From assembly GCA_965261595.1 (NCBI GenBank), contig CBDHDG010000007.1, positions 416,001-480,000 of the forward strand: 64,000 bases of DNA, given 5' to 3'. Origin of the DNA: a bacterium (GTDB lineage Bacteria; UBA8248; JACPRG01; G963555815). Below, piece after piece: positions 56,408 to 64,000 of the stretch. The notes beneath the pieces are model-generated. The model searched no databases and was not told the DNA's origin. It worked only from the letters and a program-made list of their open reading frames with translations. A program made the translations under genes and the position numbers. Position 1 is the first letter of the stretch. Every line of letters starts with the position of its first letter.

Positions 56408-57343
56408 ATGTCGAGAATTCTGACGGTGGGCGGCGCACAACTTGGACCGATCGCGCGGAACGAGCCACGCGGGTCCGTAGTCCAGCGGATGCTTGCCCTC
56501 TTGCGGGAGGCCAAGGAGCGGGGGTGCGGGCTTGTCGTCTATCCCGAACTCGCGCTGACGAGCTTTTTCCCGCGCTGGCACATCGAGAATGAGGAAGAAC
56601 TGAACGGTTTTTATGAGCGTGAGATGCCCAACGAAGAAACCCGTCCGCTTTTCGAGGAAGCGGCGCGGCTTCAGATCGGTTTTCATCTGGGGTTCGCGGA
56701 ACTGACCGAGGAAAACGGGAAATTCCACCGTTACAATACCGCCATCCTCGTGGACCCGTCGGGCCACGTCATCGGCAAGTACCGCAAGATCCATCTTCCG
56801 GGCCACGCGGAAGAGGACCCCAAACGCATGTTTCAGCACCTCGAAAAGCGCTACTTCGATGTGGGAAACCTCGGTTTCAAGGTTTGGAAGGCCATGGGCG
56901 GATTGATCGGAATTCTGATTTGCAACGATCGCCGCTGGCCCGAAGCCTTTCGCGTCCTGGGGCTGCAAGGGGTCGAACTGGTCCTCATCGGCTATAACAC
57001 CCCCACGCTGAACGGGCTGCTGTTTGAGCCGCCGCATCTGCGCGCCTTTCACAACCACCTCTCCATGCAGGCGGGGGCCTACCAGAACGGTGCGTGGGTG
57101 GTCGGTGTCGCCAAGGCCGGCCGAGAGGAGGGGGTCGATATGATGGGTCGCAGCGTCATCATCTCGCCCACCGGCGAAATCGTCGCCCAGAGTCTGACAC
57201 TGGAGGATGAATTAATCGTGGCGAAATGCGATCTGGAAGCCGGCCGGTACCTCAGAGAGACCACATTTGATTTCGCCGCCCACCGCCGTCCTGAGCACTA
57301 TGGCCTCATCGTTGAAACAACCGGAGCAGTGCCGCCAAAATGA
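56408..57343 (+). CDS. N-carbamoyl-D-amino-acid amidohydrolase (nitrilase superfamily)
   Basis: PELALT.FFPRW, YRKIHLPGH, HLEKRYF, ICNDRRWPE, GYNTP. Confidence 0.93.
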   Translation: MSRILTVGGAQLGPIARNEPRGSVVQRMLALLREAKERGCGLVVYPELALTSFFPRWHIENEEELNGFYEREMPNEETRPLFEEAARLQIGFHLGFAELTEENGKFHRYNTAILVDPSGHVIGKYRKIHLPGHAEEDPKRMFQHLEKRYFDVGNLGFKVWKAMGGLIGILICNDRRWPEAFRVLGLQGVELVLIGYNTPTLNGLLFEPPHLRAFHNHLSMQAGAYQNGAWVVGVAKAGREEGVDMMGRSVIISPTGEIVAQSLTLEDELIVAKCDLEAGRYLRETTFDFAAHRRPEHYGLIVETTGAVPPK

Positions 57344-57373
57344 ATCGGGCCGATGATTCAAGGCTTTCTGATT

Positions 57374-57421
57374 TGACCGGCGGTCATGAGGCTATGGGCT
57401 CGATCCTCCTCAGCTCCACCA
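57374..57421 (+). other. Degenerate 3' half of tRNA-Ala(GGC); att-like remnant
   Basis: TGAC-CGGCG-GTCA anticodon arm, GGCTCGATCC T-arm, AGCTCCACCA end; no D-arm or 5' acceptor strand. Confidence 0.6.
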
Positions 57422-57567
57422 TTTGATTTCAAAGGGTTGCGGGAGAATCCCGTGACTGTTTTTCTCTCGAGTGCTAACAGGAGCCGAGGGAAGAGGTCTC
57501 GGCGGTAGGCCTTCCCATTGCGCGCTCTTGGGGTGAGGAAGCTGATGTAAGAATGCGGGGGTCCAGG

Positions 57568-58056
57568 ATGAATCTTGAAAAATCTTGAAGGAGAAGAGGG
57601 CAAAAATTCTGGAAACCGTTGAGGGACGCGGCGCCAGCAATGTGCGCGTATTCGGCTCGGTGGCGCGCGGCGACTTCGGTCCCGAGAGCGACATCGATCT
57701 CCTCATCCACCCGGGGCCGGACATGAGCCTGTTTGGGCATGTGGATCTCGCGCAGGAGCTGGAAGACCTCCTGGGCTGCAAGGTCAACCTGGTGAGCGAC
57801 TGGGGTCTCAGGCCGCGCGTCCGCGAGCGCGTCATGAAAGAAGCCGTCCCCTTAGGACCCCGATGCGGGATGACCAGCAACGCCTTCTCGACATTCAGGA
57901 AGCCATCGCCAACATCGAAGAGTACGCGGCCAAGGGAAAAGAAACGTTTCTCGGGGAAAAACTTGTTTAAGTCTGGGTGGTCCACCACCTACAGATCATC
58001 GGCGAAGCAGCCTCCATGTTGTCCCGAGAATTGCGCGAGCGCAATCCCGATATCCG
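57568..58056 (+). pseudogene. MNT antitoxin + HEPN (DUF86) toxin pair, degraded
   Basis: VFGSVARG...SDIDLL; MRDDQQRLLDI...*...LQIIGEAA, truncated before RxxxxH. Confidence 0.85.
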
Positions 58057-58059
58057 CTC

Positions 58060-58221
58060 GGATGTCCCGGTGAAGGACAGAAAACCCGTCAGCGGGAACC
58101 ATGCGCCGAGGACCACCTCGGTATCCGTGACCCCCGGATCGGCCGTCCATCCAGGGCCGCTCCATCCGATCAATCCCACCATTAACGCAAGCGCCAATAC
58201 GCCCTTCCTGATGCGATTCAT
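58060..58221 (-). pseudogene. 5' fragment of branched-chain-type ABC substrate-binding protein
   Basis: Signal peptide then PGVTDTEVVLG..PLTG; runs into the HEPN remnant. Confidence 0.75.
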
Positions 58222-58570
58222 TCTCTTCCCTCCGAAAGAACTCTCCACCTGATGTGGGAATGGTTCCCAAGAATCTTCTTGAAAATCAGATGTCTTCTTT
58301 TGCCACATAGAAGCCACCCATTGACAGAGAACAAATCGATCCGGTGTGAGTCTCGCCGGAGGCGGCTCCGACGCGTGATCGAGTCTTCCCGCCCCCTGCG
58401 CGTTCCTGGTCTGAGCCTGCTTCCGGCGAGTGTTTTGATTTGGAAAATCGTCATGGAAAAAGGGGGGAAAGCTTTGCCGAAGATTCTATGGATTACGAAT
58501 ATGCGATCCTGTTGAAGCGCTGTTCGCAAAATCCACGTTCAGCTTGACGGAGCGCGTCTCGGACCGGCGT

Positions 58571-59089
58571 TCAACCGGCCGGGAACCGGGTCGCCACGAA
58601 GTGGGCGATAACGCCCGTGACCGGCGGCACCCAAAACACCGACGCGAAGCGCACCAGGAAGAAGCCGCCCCCCATAATCGGAATCTCGTAGACGAAGATG
58701 CGCGATGGTCCAAGGAGGGCCGTTGCCGTCAGAAGCGTCACGACGGGGCCCATGCCCGCACCCTCTTTGAGCAGGCCCGCCATCATGGGCAGCATCACGA
58801 AGGGCGCGCCTATGGGCATCAGGCTCCCCGCGGCCCAGCCGATGGCGATCCCCTTCCAGCCGGAACGGTCCGAAAGCCAATTCCGCACCAACGCCTCGGG
58901 CAGCGCTTCCAGAAGCAACGTGCCGATCAGAAAGCCGCAAACGATTTTCGGCAGGATGCTGACAAGAATCCGGCCCGCCTGGCTGGCTGAAACCCAGGGA
59001 ATTTGACCCGTCCTCTCGTAGTGATAAACGACAAGCGCGGCGGCGACGGCGGCGAGGATGAGCGTCGTGCGGTCGAAGGCTCCACTCAT
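58571..59089 (-). CDS. Small putative permease (DUF318/ArsP-like half)
   Basis: Multiple TM helices; LPEALVRNWL..SGWKGI.IG..AG..P.G.PF pattern. Confidence 0.7.
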   Translation of the reverse strand: MSGAFDRTTLILAAVAAALVVYHYERTGQIPWVSASQAGRILVSILPKIVCGFLIGTLLLEALPEALVRNWLSDRSGWKGIAIGWAAGSLMPIGAPFVMLPMMAGLLKEGAGMGPVVTLLTATALLGPSRIFVYEIPIMGGGFFLVRFASVFWVPPVTGVIAHFVATRFPAG

Positions 59090-59120
59090 GACAGGATCTC
59101 CCTCCTTCGCGCATGCGCGC

Positions 59121-60128
59121 TTATTGAAAGCGCGGGAGAACCTTTTCCGAGAAGAGACGCATTTGCGCGAACTGGTCGTACGTGGCAAACCGGACGCAGT
59201 AGTGCCGGCACCCTTTCTCCGCGAGGCCCTCGATATTGCGGATGACATCGTCCGGCGTCCCGAAGGGGTCCCGGTTCCACATGGATTGGGAAAGGTCGGT
59301 GAATTCCGTGACGTAGTACTTGTTGAGGAATTCGAGCGCCTCTTTCCGGGCCTGGTCTGGATTGGGGCGGAGACTGCACGTCAACTGATAGCCCCCCACG
59401 ATGTCCTCGGGGCGCCGTCCGGCGTCCTTGGCGTAACCCTTCACTATCCCGAAGAGCTCTTCGTACTCGGCGGGGGTTGCCGTGCAGGTCTGCCAGCCGT
59501 CCGCCAGCTCCCCCACCCGCCGCATCATCCGCTCCTTGACGTGCGGCTTGACGGGAAAGATTTGGGGGTTGTTGGAGATCCAGATGGGGATCGGCTTCTG
59601 GACGGGCCGCACGTCCACGGAGATTCCGCTGTAGGTGTGGAAGGGCATGTCGCTTTCGTTGACGACGTTCGACTCGAGCCAGAGCCGGCGAAGGAGCTTG
59701 ATCTGCTCCTCCATGTAGAAGCCGCGCTTTTTGTAAGGCACGCCCACAACGGTGTATTGCTCATGTGCTTGGGTGCCTCCGGCCTCGGGGCTTCCGCCGC
59801 CCACGCAGACGGTCATGATCATCCGCCCGCCCGAGAGCTGGTCCAGGCTCGCCCAGGTCAGGGCCATCCACGCCGTGTTCCGGGTCGTCAGGATGAAGGA
59901 GGCCGTGCTGAGCTTGACGCGCTTTGTGCGCGACGCGCACGCGCCGAGGGTGGTGGTCGACTCGACGCGCGCCTTCTCGAAGAAGTTGTCCCCGCACCAA
60001 ACCGAGTCGAACCCCAGGCTCTCGACCTCTTCGGCCATCTCGTACATGTCTTGGGCCGTATAGAAATCGGGGTAGATGATCGGTACGCGGGTGTTGATGT
60101 TGACGCCGAACTGAAGCCGGTCTGACAT
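59121..60128 (-). CDS. LLM-class flavin-dependent oxidoreductase
   Basis: GFDSVWCGD, ASRTKRVKL, SLDQLSGGRM, RPVQKPIPIW, LADGW. Confidence 0.92.
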   Translation of the reverse strand: MSDRLQFGVNINTRVPIIYPDFYTAQDMYEMAEEVESLGFDSVWCGDNFFEKARVESTTTLGACASRTKRVKLSTASFILTTRNTAWMALTWASLDQLSGGRMIMTVCVGGGSPEAGGTQAHEQYTVVGVPYKKRGFYMEEQIKLLRRLWLESNVVNESDMPFHTYSGISVDVRPVQKPIPIWISNNPQIFPVKPHVKERMMRRVGELADGWQTCTATPAEYEELFGIVKGYAKDAGRRPEDIVGGYQLTCSLRPNPDQARKEALEFLNKYYVTEFTDLSQSMWNRDPFGTPDDVIRNIEGLAEKGCRHYCVRFATYDQFAQMRLFSEKVLPRFQ

Positions 60129-60238
60129 CAGGCTGTCTCCTCGGTAAATTTCTCCCGGGATTCCTGGAAATGATGGTTCTCCGCCGCAACCGGTGTTTCC
60201 CGGGTCCGGATGGGGTGCATGGACGGCGCTTGCCGCCC

Positions 60239-62536
60239 TTACGGTTCGGCCGCGTCCCGGTCTTTCAAGGCTTTCAGGATTTTTTCGGCGGTGACGGGCA
60301 AGGTTCTGAAATGGCAGCCCGTCGCGTGGGCGATGGCATTGGCCACGGCCGCGGCCGTGGGAACCAAACCCGGCTCGCCGATGCCCGAGGCCCCGAACGG
60401 GCCGTCCGGGTCGGGGTTTTCGACCAGGATGGCTTCCACGCGCGGCAAGTCCAGGAAGCTGGGGATCTTGTAGTCGGCGAAGCTGGGGTTGATGGTCTTG
60501 CCTCCGTCCAGGAGCAATTCTTCCATCAGCACGAAGCCCACGCCCTGTGCGACGCTCCCTTCGATCTGTCCTTCGGCGGCCATGGGGTTGATGGCCCGGC
60601 CGATGCCGTGGGCGGCCTTGAAGTCCAGGACGCGGACCTGGCCCGTCTCCGGGCTCACCTCGACCTCGACCACGTGGGCCGCCGAAGAATAGTTCGGGCT
60701 CTGGGTCTCCCAGTCCTTGAATTCGGGTGCGGCTTCGTCGATGAATTTCCCCTCCGCCTGGATCGGGCTTCCCCTTTTCTTGAAGCACAGATCGACGGCG
60801 GCGGCGAAGGACATCCCCCGCTCGGGGGCACCCGGAACGCCGACCCAGCCGTCGCGGGATTCCAAATCTTCGGGCGAGACCTCGAGGGCCTCCGCCACGG
60901 TTTCCAGGATCTGCCCTTTGGCCTCCCGGGCCGCGGCCTGAGCGGCCTGGCCCACCACCCACGTCGTCCGGCTCCCCCACGAGCCGAGGTCATAGGGGGT
61001 CAGGTCGGTGTCGTCGGTGATGATCACCACGTCGTCCAGGGAGACGCCCATCTCCTCGGCGCAAATCTGCGCCACGACGGTCTGCGCGCCCTGGCCCACG
61101 TCGCAGGCCGGGGTGACGAGGGTCACCATCCCGTCCTCGGACACTTTCACCACCGAAGACGCCGCGTTGTAGCCATAGAACCGGTTGCCGCCGGCCGTGT
61201 GGATCATCGTGGCGACCCCGATCCCCCGCCACGGCCCGCCGGGCTCGCGCTTGCCGTACGTCTTCCGCTTCTCGGCCCAGCCGGCCGCGGCGGTCGCCCG
61301 CTCCAGGCATTCGGTCATGTCCATGACCTTTATCTCGGCCCCGACGGCCCGGGTTTTTCCGGGGCGGTTCGCGTTTTTCAGGCGCAACGCGAGGGGATCC
61401 ATTCCCAGGCGCTCGGCGATGAGGTCGAGTTGGTGCTCGTGGGCGAAGGTGATTTGGGGGTTGCCGAATCCCCGAAACCCCGTTCCGTATTGCCGATTCG
61501 TGTAGACGGCGCAGGCGTCGTACTGGAGGTGCTCCACGTCGTAGATCAGGCAGAACATCGAGCCCGTGAAGCTCAGGATGGCGGGGGCCTTGTCGTTGTA
61601 CGCGCCGTTGTCGGCGATGACCCGGGCGGCCCGGGCGTGGACCCGGCCGTCTTTCTTGACGCCTGTTTTGAGGTCGATGATGTAGCGATAGCGGGTTTTG
61701 CTGGTCTCGAATTCCTCTTGCCGGGTGTTGACGATTTTGACCGCCCGCCCGGTCTTGGCCGAGAGGATGGCCGCCACCGGAGGGGTCATGTCCATGACCA
61801 GCCGGTTCCCGAAGGCGCCCCCGGTGGGGAGCTTGCAGACGCGCACGCGGGAGGGAGGGATGCGGAGGGACTTCGCAATCTCGTTCCTCAGGGTGTGGGG
61901 GGCCTGGCTCGGAGCCCAAACCGTCAACCGGCCCGCAAGGTCGAACCGCGCCACGCACCCCCGAGTCTCCATCGGCGCGTGCGCCACGCGCTGGGTCTCG
62001 AAACGGTCTTCGAACACGTGATCTGACTCTGCGAAACCCCGGTCCGGATCGCCGTACTTGCGGTGCAGCTCGAAGGCGATGTTCGAGTCTTTGTGTTCAT
62101 GAATGACGGGGGCTCCGGGCTGCATGGCCTCGTCCACGTCGTACAGGGCCGGAAGCTCTTCGTACTCGACCCGGATGAGATCGGCCGCCGCCCGCGCCGT
62201 TTCCTCGTCCACCGCCGCCACCGCCGCCACCTCGTCGCCCACGTAGTGGACCTTGTCCTTGGCGAGGATGTATTTGTCGGCCAGGTATTCCACGAATGAG
62301 AAGCGTTTTTGGGGCGTATCTGCGCACGTGAGGACGGCGCGCACGCCGGGGAGGCTTTGCGCCGGAGCGGTGTCGATGTTCAGGATTCGGGCGTGGGGGA
62401 AAGGGCTTCTGAGGATCGCGCCGTAAAGCATCCCCGGCAGCTTGAGGTCCGCCAGGTAGTGCATCTCGCCCGTGGCCTTAGGCAGCGCGTCCACCTTGGG
62501 CAGCCGTTTTCCCACAACGCTCAGCGTGTCGGCCAT
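60239..62536 (-). CDS. XDH-family molybdopterin-binding large subunit
   Basis: RSPFPHARI, HAPMET, GGAFG, FRGFG, GQG, WGSRTT, GQIEG, GIGEP. Confidence 0.94.
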   Translation of the reverse strand: MADTLSVVGKRLPKVDALPKATGEMHYLADLKLPGMLYGAILRSPFPHARILNIDTAPAQSLPGVRAVLTCADTPQKRFSFVEYLADKYILAKDKVHYVGDEVAAVAAVDEETARAAADLIRVEYEELPALYDVDEAMQPGAPVIHEHKDSNIAFELHRKYGDPDRGFAESDHVFEDRFETQRVAHAPMETRGCVARFDLAGRLTVWAPSQAPHTLRNEIAKSLRIPPSRVRVCKLPTGGAFGNRLVMDMTPPVAAILSAKTGRAVKIVNTRQEEFETSKTRYRYIIDLKTGVKKDGRVHARAARVIADNGAYNDKAPAILSFTGSMFCLIYDVEHLQYDACAVYTNRQYGTGFRGFGNPQITFAHEHQLDLIAERLGMDPLALRLKNANRPGKTRAVGAEIKVMDMTECLERATAAAGWAEKRKTYGKREPGGPWRGIGVATMIHTAGGNRFYGYNAASSVVKVSEDGMVTLVTPACDVGQGAQTVVAQICAEEMGVSLDDVVIITDDTDLTPYDLGSWGSRTTWVVGQAAQAAAREAKGQILETVAEALEVSPEDLESRDGWVGVPGAPERGMSFAAAVDLCFKKRGSPIQAEGKFIDEAAPEFKDWETQSPNYSSAAHVVEVEVSPETGQVRVLDFKAAHGIGRAINPMAAEGQIEGSVAQGVGFVLMEELLLDGGKTINPSFADYKIPSFLDLPRVEAILVENPDPDGPFGASGIGEPGLVPTAAAVANAIAHATGCHFRTLPVTAEKILKALKDRDAAEP

Positions 62537-62582
62537 GTGGTCACCTCTACGAAAATTGCGTGTCGATCAAAGACGCGGGGGA

Positions 62583-63149
62583 CTACTCGCTCAACCGGAA
62601 CGTGCCGAGGGAGAGGTCTTCCGCCTCCTCCTCGTCCGCCCGGGGGGTGAAGACGAGGTTGGGTGTGTCGAAGCGGACCTCGCCCCGGGAAGCGGCCAGG
62701 ATGGCTTCGACGATCTTCTTGTACCCGGTGCACCGGCAGAGGTTTCCCGCCATGTAGAGTCGGACCTCATCTTCGGTGGGGTTCGGGTTCTCGCTCAACA
62801 GGGCGCGGGCCATCATGATCATTCCCGGGATGCAATAGCCGCACTGGATGGCGCCGTATTCGATGAAGGCCCGCTGGAGGATGTCGAGACGGCCGTTCTC
62901 GGCGAGTCCCTCGATGGTCGTCACTTCGGCGCCTTCGGCGTCGAGCGCCAGGGTTGTGCAGGCGCTGACCGCCCGCCCGTTCACCAGGACCGTGCAGGAG
63001 CCGCATACCTGAATGTCGCAGGACTTCTTCAGACCGGTCAGGTCCAGGCCATCGCGCAGCAGGTCCAGGAGCAGCGTCCGGGGCTCGGCCGCGGCCTCCA
63101 CGTCCGCGCCGTTCACCCTCAGGCGGAGGATCCGTTTGGCCGGCTTCAT
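62583..63149 (-). CDS. XDH-family 2x[2Fe-2S] small subunit
   Basis: CDIQVCGSC, QCGYC.PG, GNLCRCTGY. Confidence 0.94.
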   Translation of the reverse strand: MKPAKRILRLRVNGADVEAAAEPRTLLLDLLRDGLDLTGLKKSCDIQVCGSCTVLVNGRAVSACTTLALDAEGAEVTTIEGLAENGRLDILQRAFIEYGAIQCGYCIPGMIMMARALLSENPNPTEDEVRLYMAGNLCRCTGYKKIVEAILAASRGEVRFDTPNLVFTPRADEEEAEDLSLGTFRLSE

Positions 63150-64000
63150 GGGCTTTCCTTCTCCGAGGGCCGGGCCGCCATGGCCATGGCCTCGGCCAGG
63201 CCTTGTTTCAACAGGGCCCGGGCGACGTCGCGCTTGTACCAATCCGAGCCGTAGATGTCGGTTTGGGGATTGATCTCTTCCCCCGCCGCTTGGGCGGCCG
63301 TTTCCAGCAGCTCGGCCGAAAAGCCCCCGTTTTCCGGACGGACTCCCCGGACGCATTCCTCGGCCCGCTTCGCCCGGACGGGCGTCGGGGCGACGGCCCC
63401 GAGGACGATGCTCACCTCATCCACGACGCCGGCCTTCAGCGCGAGGCGGACCGCCGCGCAGACCGTCGGCTTGTCCGAAGCCGTTCGCTGACAGAACTTC
63501 CGGTACGAGCAGCCCACCTCCCCCGCCGGAACGGGAATGGAGATTCGGGTGATCATCTCCAGCGGGTCGAGGGCGGTTTCGTAATAGTCGACGTAGAGCG
63601 AATCCAGGTCTAGGACTCGCTCCCCTTGCGGCCCGGCAACGCTCACTTCCGCGCCCAGGGCCATGAGGAGGGAAGGGGGATCGGACTGGGGCTCGGCGAA
63701 GGCCAGGCTCCCGCCCAGTGTCCCGACGTTCCGCACCCGGACATTCGCCAGATCGGATTCCATTTCCGGGATGACGGGAATTTTGTCCTTGAGCAAGTCC
63801 GAGAACTCGAGCGCCCGGTGGGTCGCCATCGCCCCGATGTGGACGCGGCTCCCGCCGATCTCCGATTCCAGCTCGATTCGATCCAGGCCGGAGACGCGCT
63901 TGAGGTTGACGACCTGCTCGGCCGAGAACAGGCCCTCTTTCATCAGGAAGAGCAGAGAGGTTCCCCCCGCGTAAAGCTTCGCGTCCTCTCCGTACCGCTC
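63146..64000 (-). CDS. XDH-family FAD-binding medium subunit (5' end outside window)
   Basis: AGGTSL, IGAMAT, VRNVGTLGG, SD.P. Confidence 0.93.
   Translation of the reverse strand, partial: ERYGEDAKLYAGGTSLLFLMKEGLFSAEQVVNLKRVSGLDRIELESEIGGSRVHIGAMATHRALEFSDLLKDKIPVIPEMESDLANVRVRNVGTLGGSLAFAEPQSDPPSLLMALGAEVSVAGPQGERVLDLDSLYVDYYETALDPLEMITRISIPVPAGEVGCSYRKFCQRTASDKPTVCAAVRLALKAGVVDEVSIVLGAVAPTPVRAKRAEECVRGVRPENGGFSAELLETAAQAAGEEINPQTDIYGSDWYKRDVARALLKQGLAEAMAMAARPSEKESP

Noticed and set aside
57374..57421. Functional tRNA gene
   Set aside because: No 5' half; T-loop and anticodon loop are mutated

Overview
GC-rich bacterial window in which two IS-saturated, decaying accessory zones (about 1-26.9 kb and 43.8-58.2 kb) flank chromosome-like metabolic genes (29.9-43.8 kb and 58.5-64 kb). 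Five near-identical copies of one IS3-family element (called IS-A here) sit among IS256, IS1380, IS407-group IS3, IS110/IS1111, IS1595, IS6, IS21 and RAYT pieces. Main results: (1) Two IS110-family elements are nested in one IS407-group IS3. The target and donor guides of both non-coding bridge/seek RNAs can be read from the sequence: one matches the IS3 terminal inverted repeat, the other a conserved YGRYG-coding motif of the IS3 transposase. (2) A transposase-less IS1595-like cassette (85-bp TIRs with tandem NrdR-box-like motifs, 8-bp TSD) is inserted on the start codon of a giant CARDB-repeat lipoprotein that originally followed an inverse-autotransporter beta-barrel gene. (3) A SIR2-STAND-TPR (NLR/Avs-like) defence gene is knocked out by IS-A. 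(4) Also present: a TraD/MOBF-relaxase remnant, a TPR-CHAT pseudogene, a 578-bp inverted repeat bracketing 17 kb, and a degenerate tRNA-Ala att-like site. All calls are from manual motif reading; no database searches were run.
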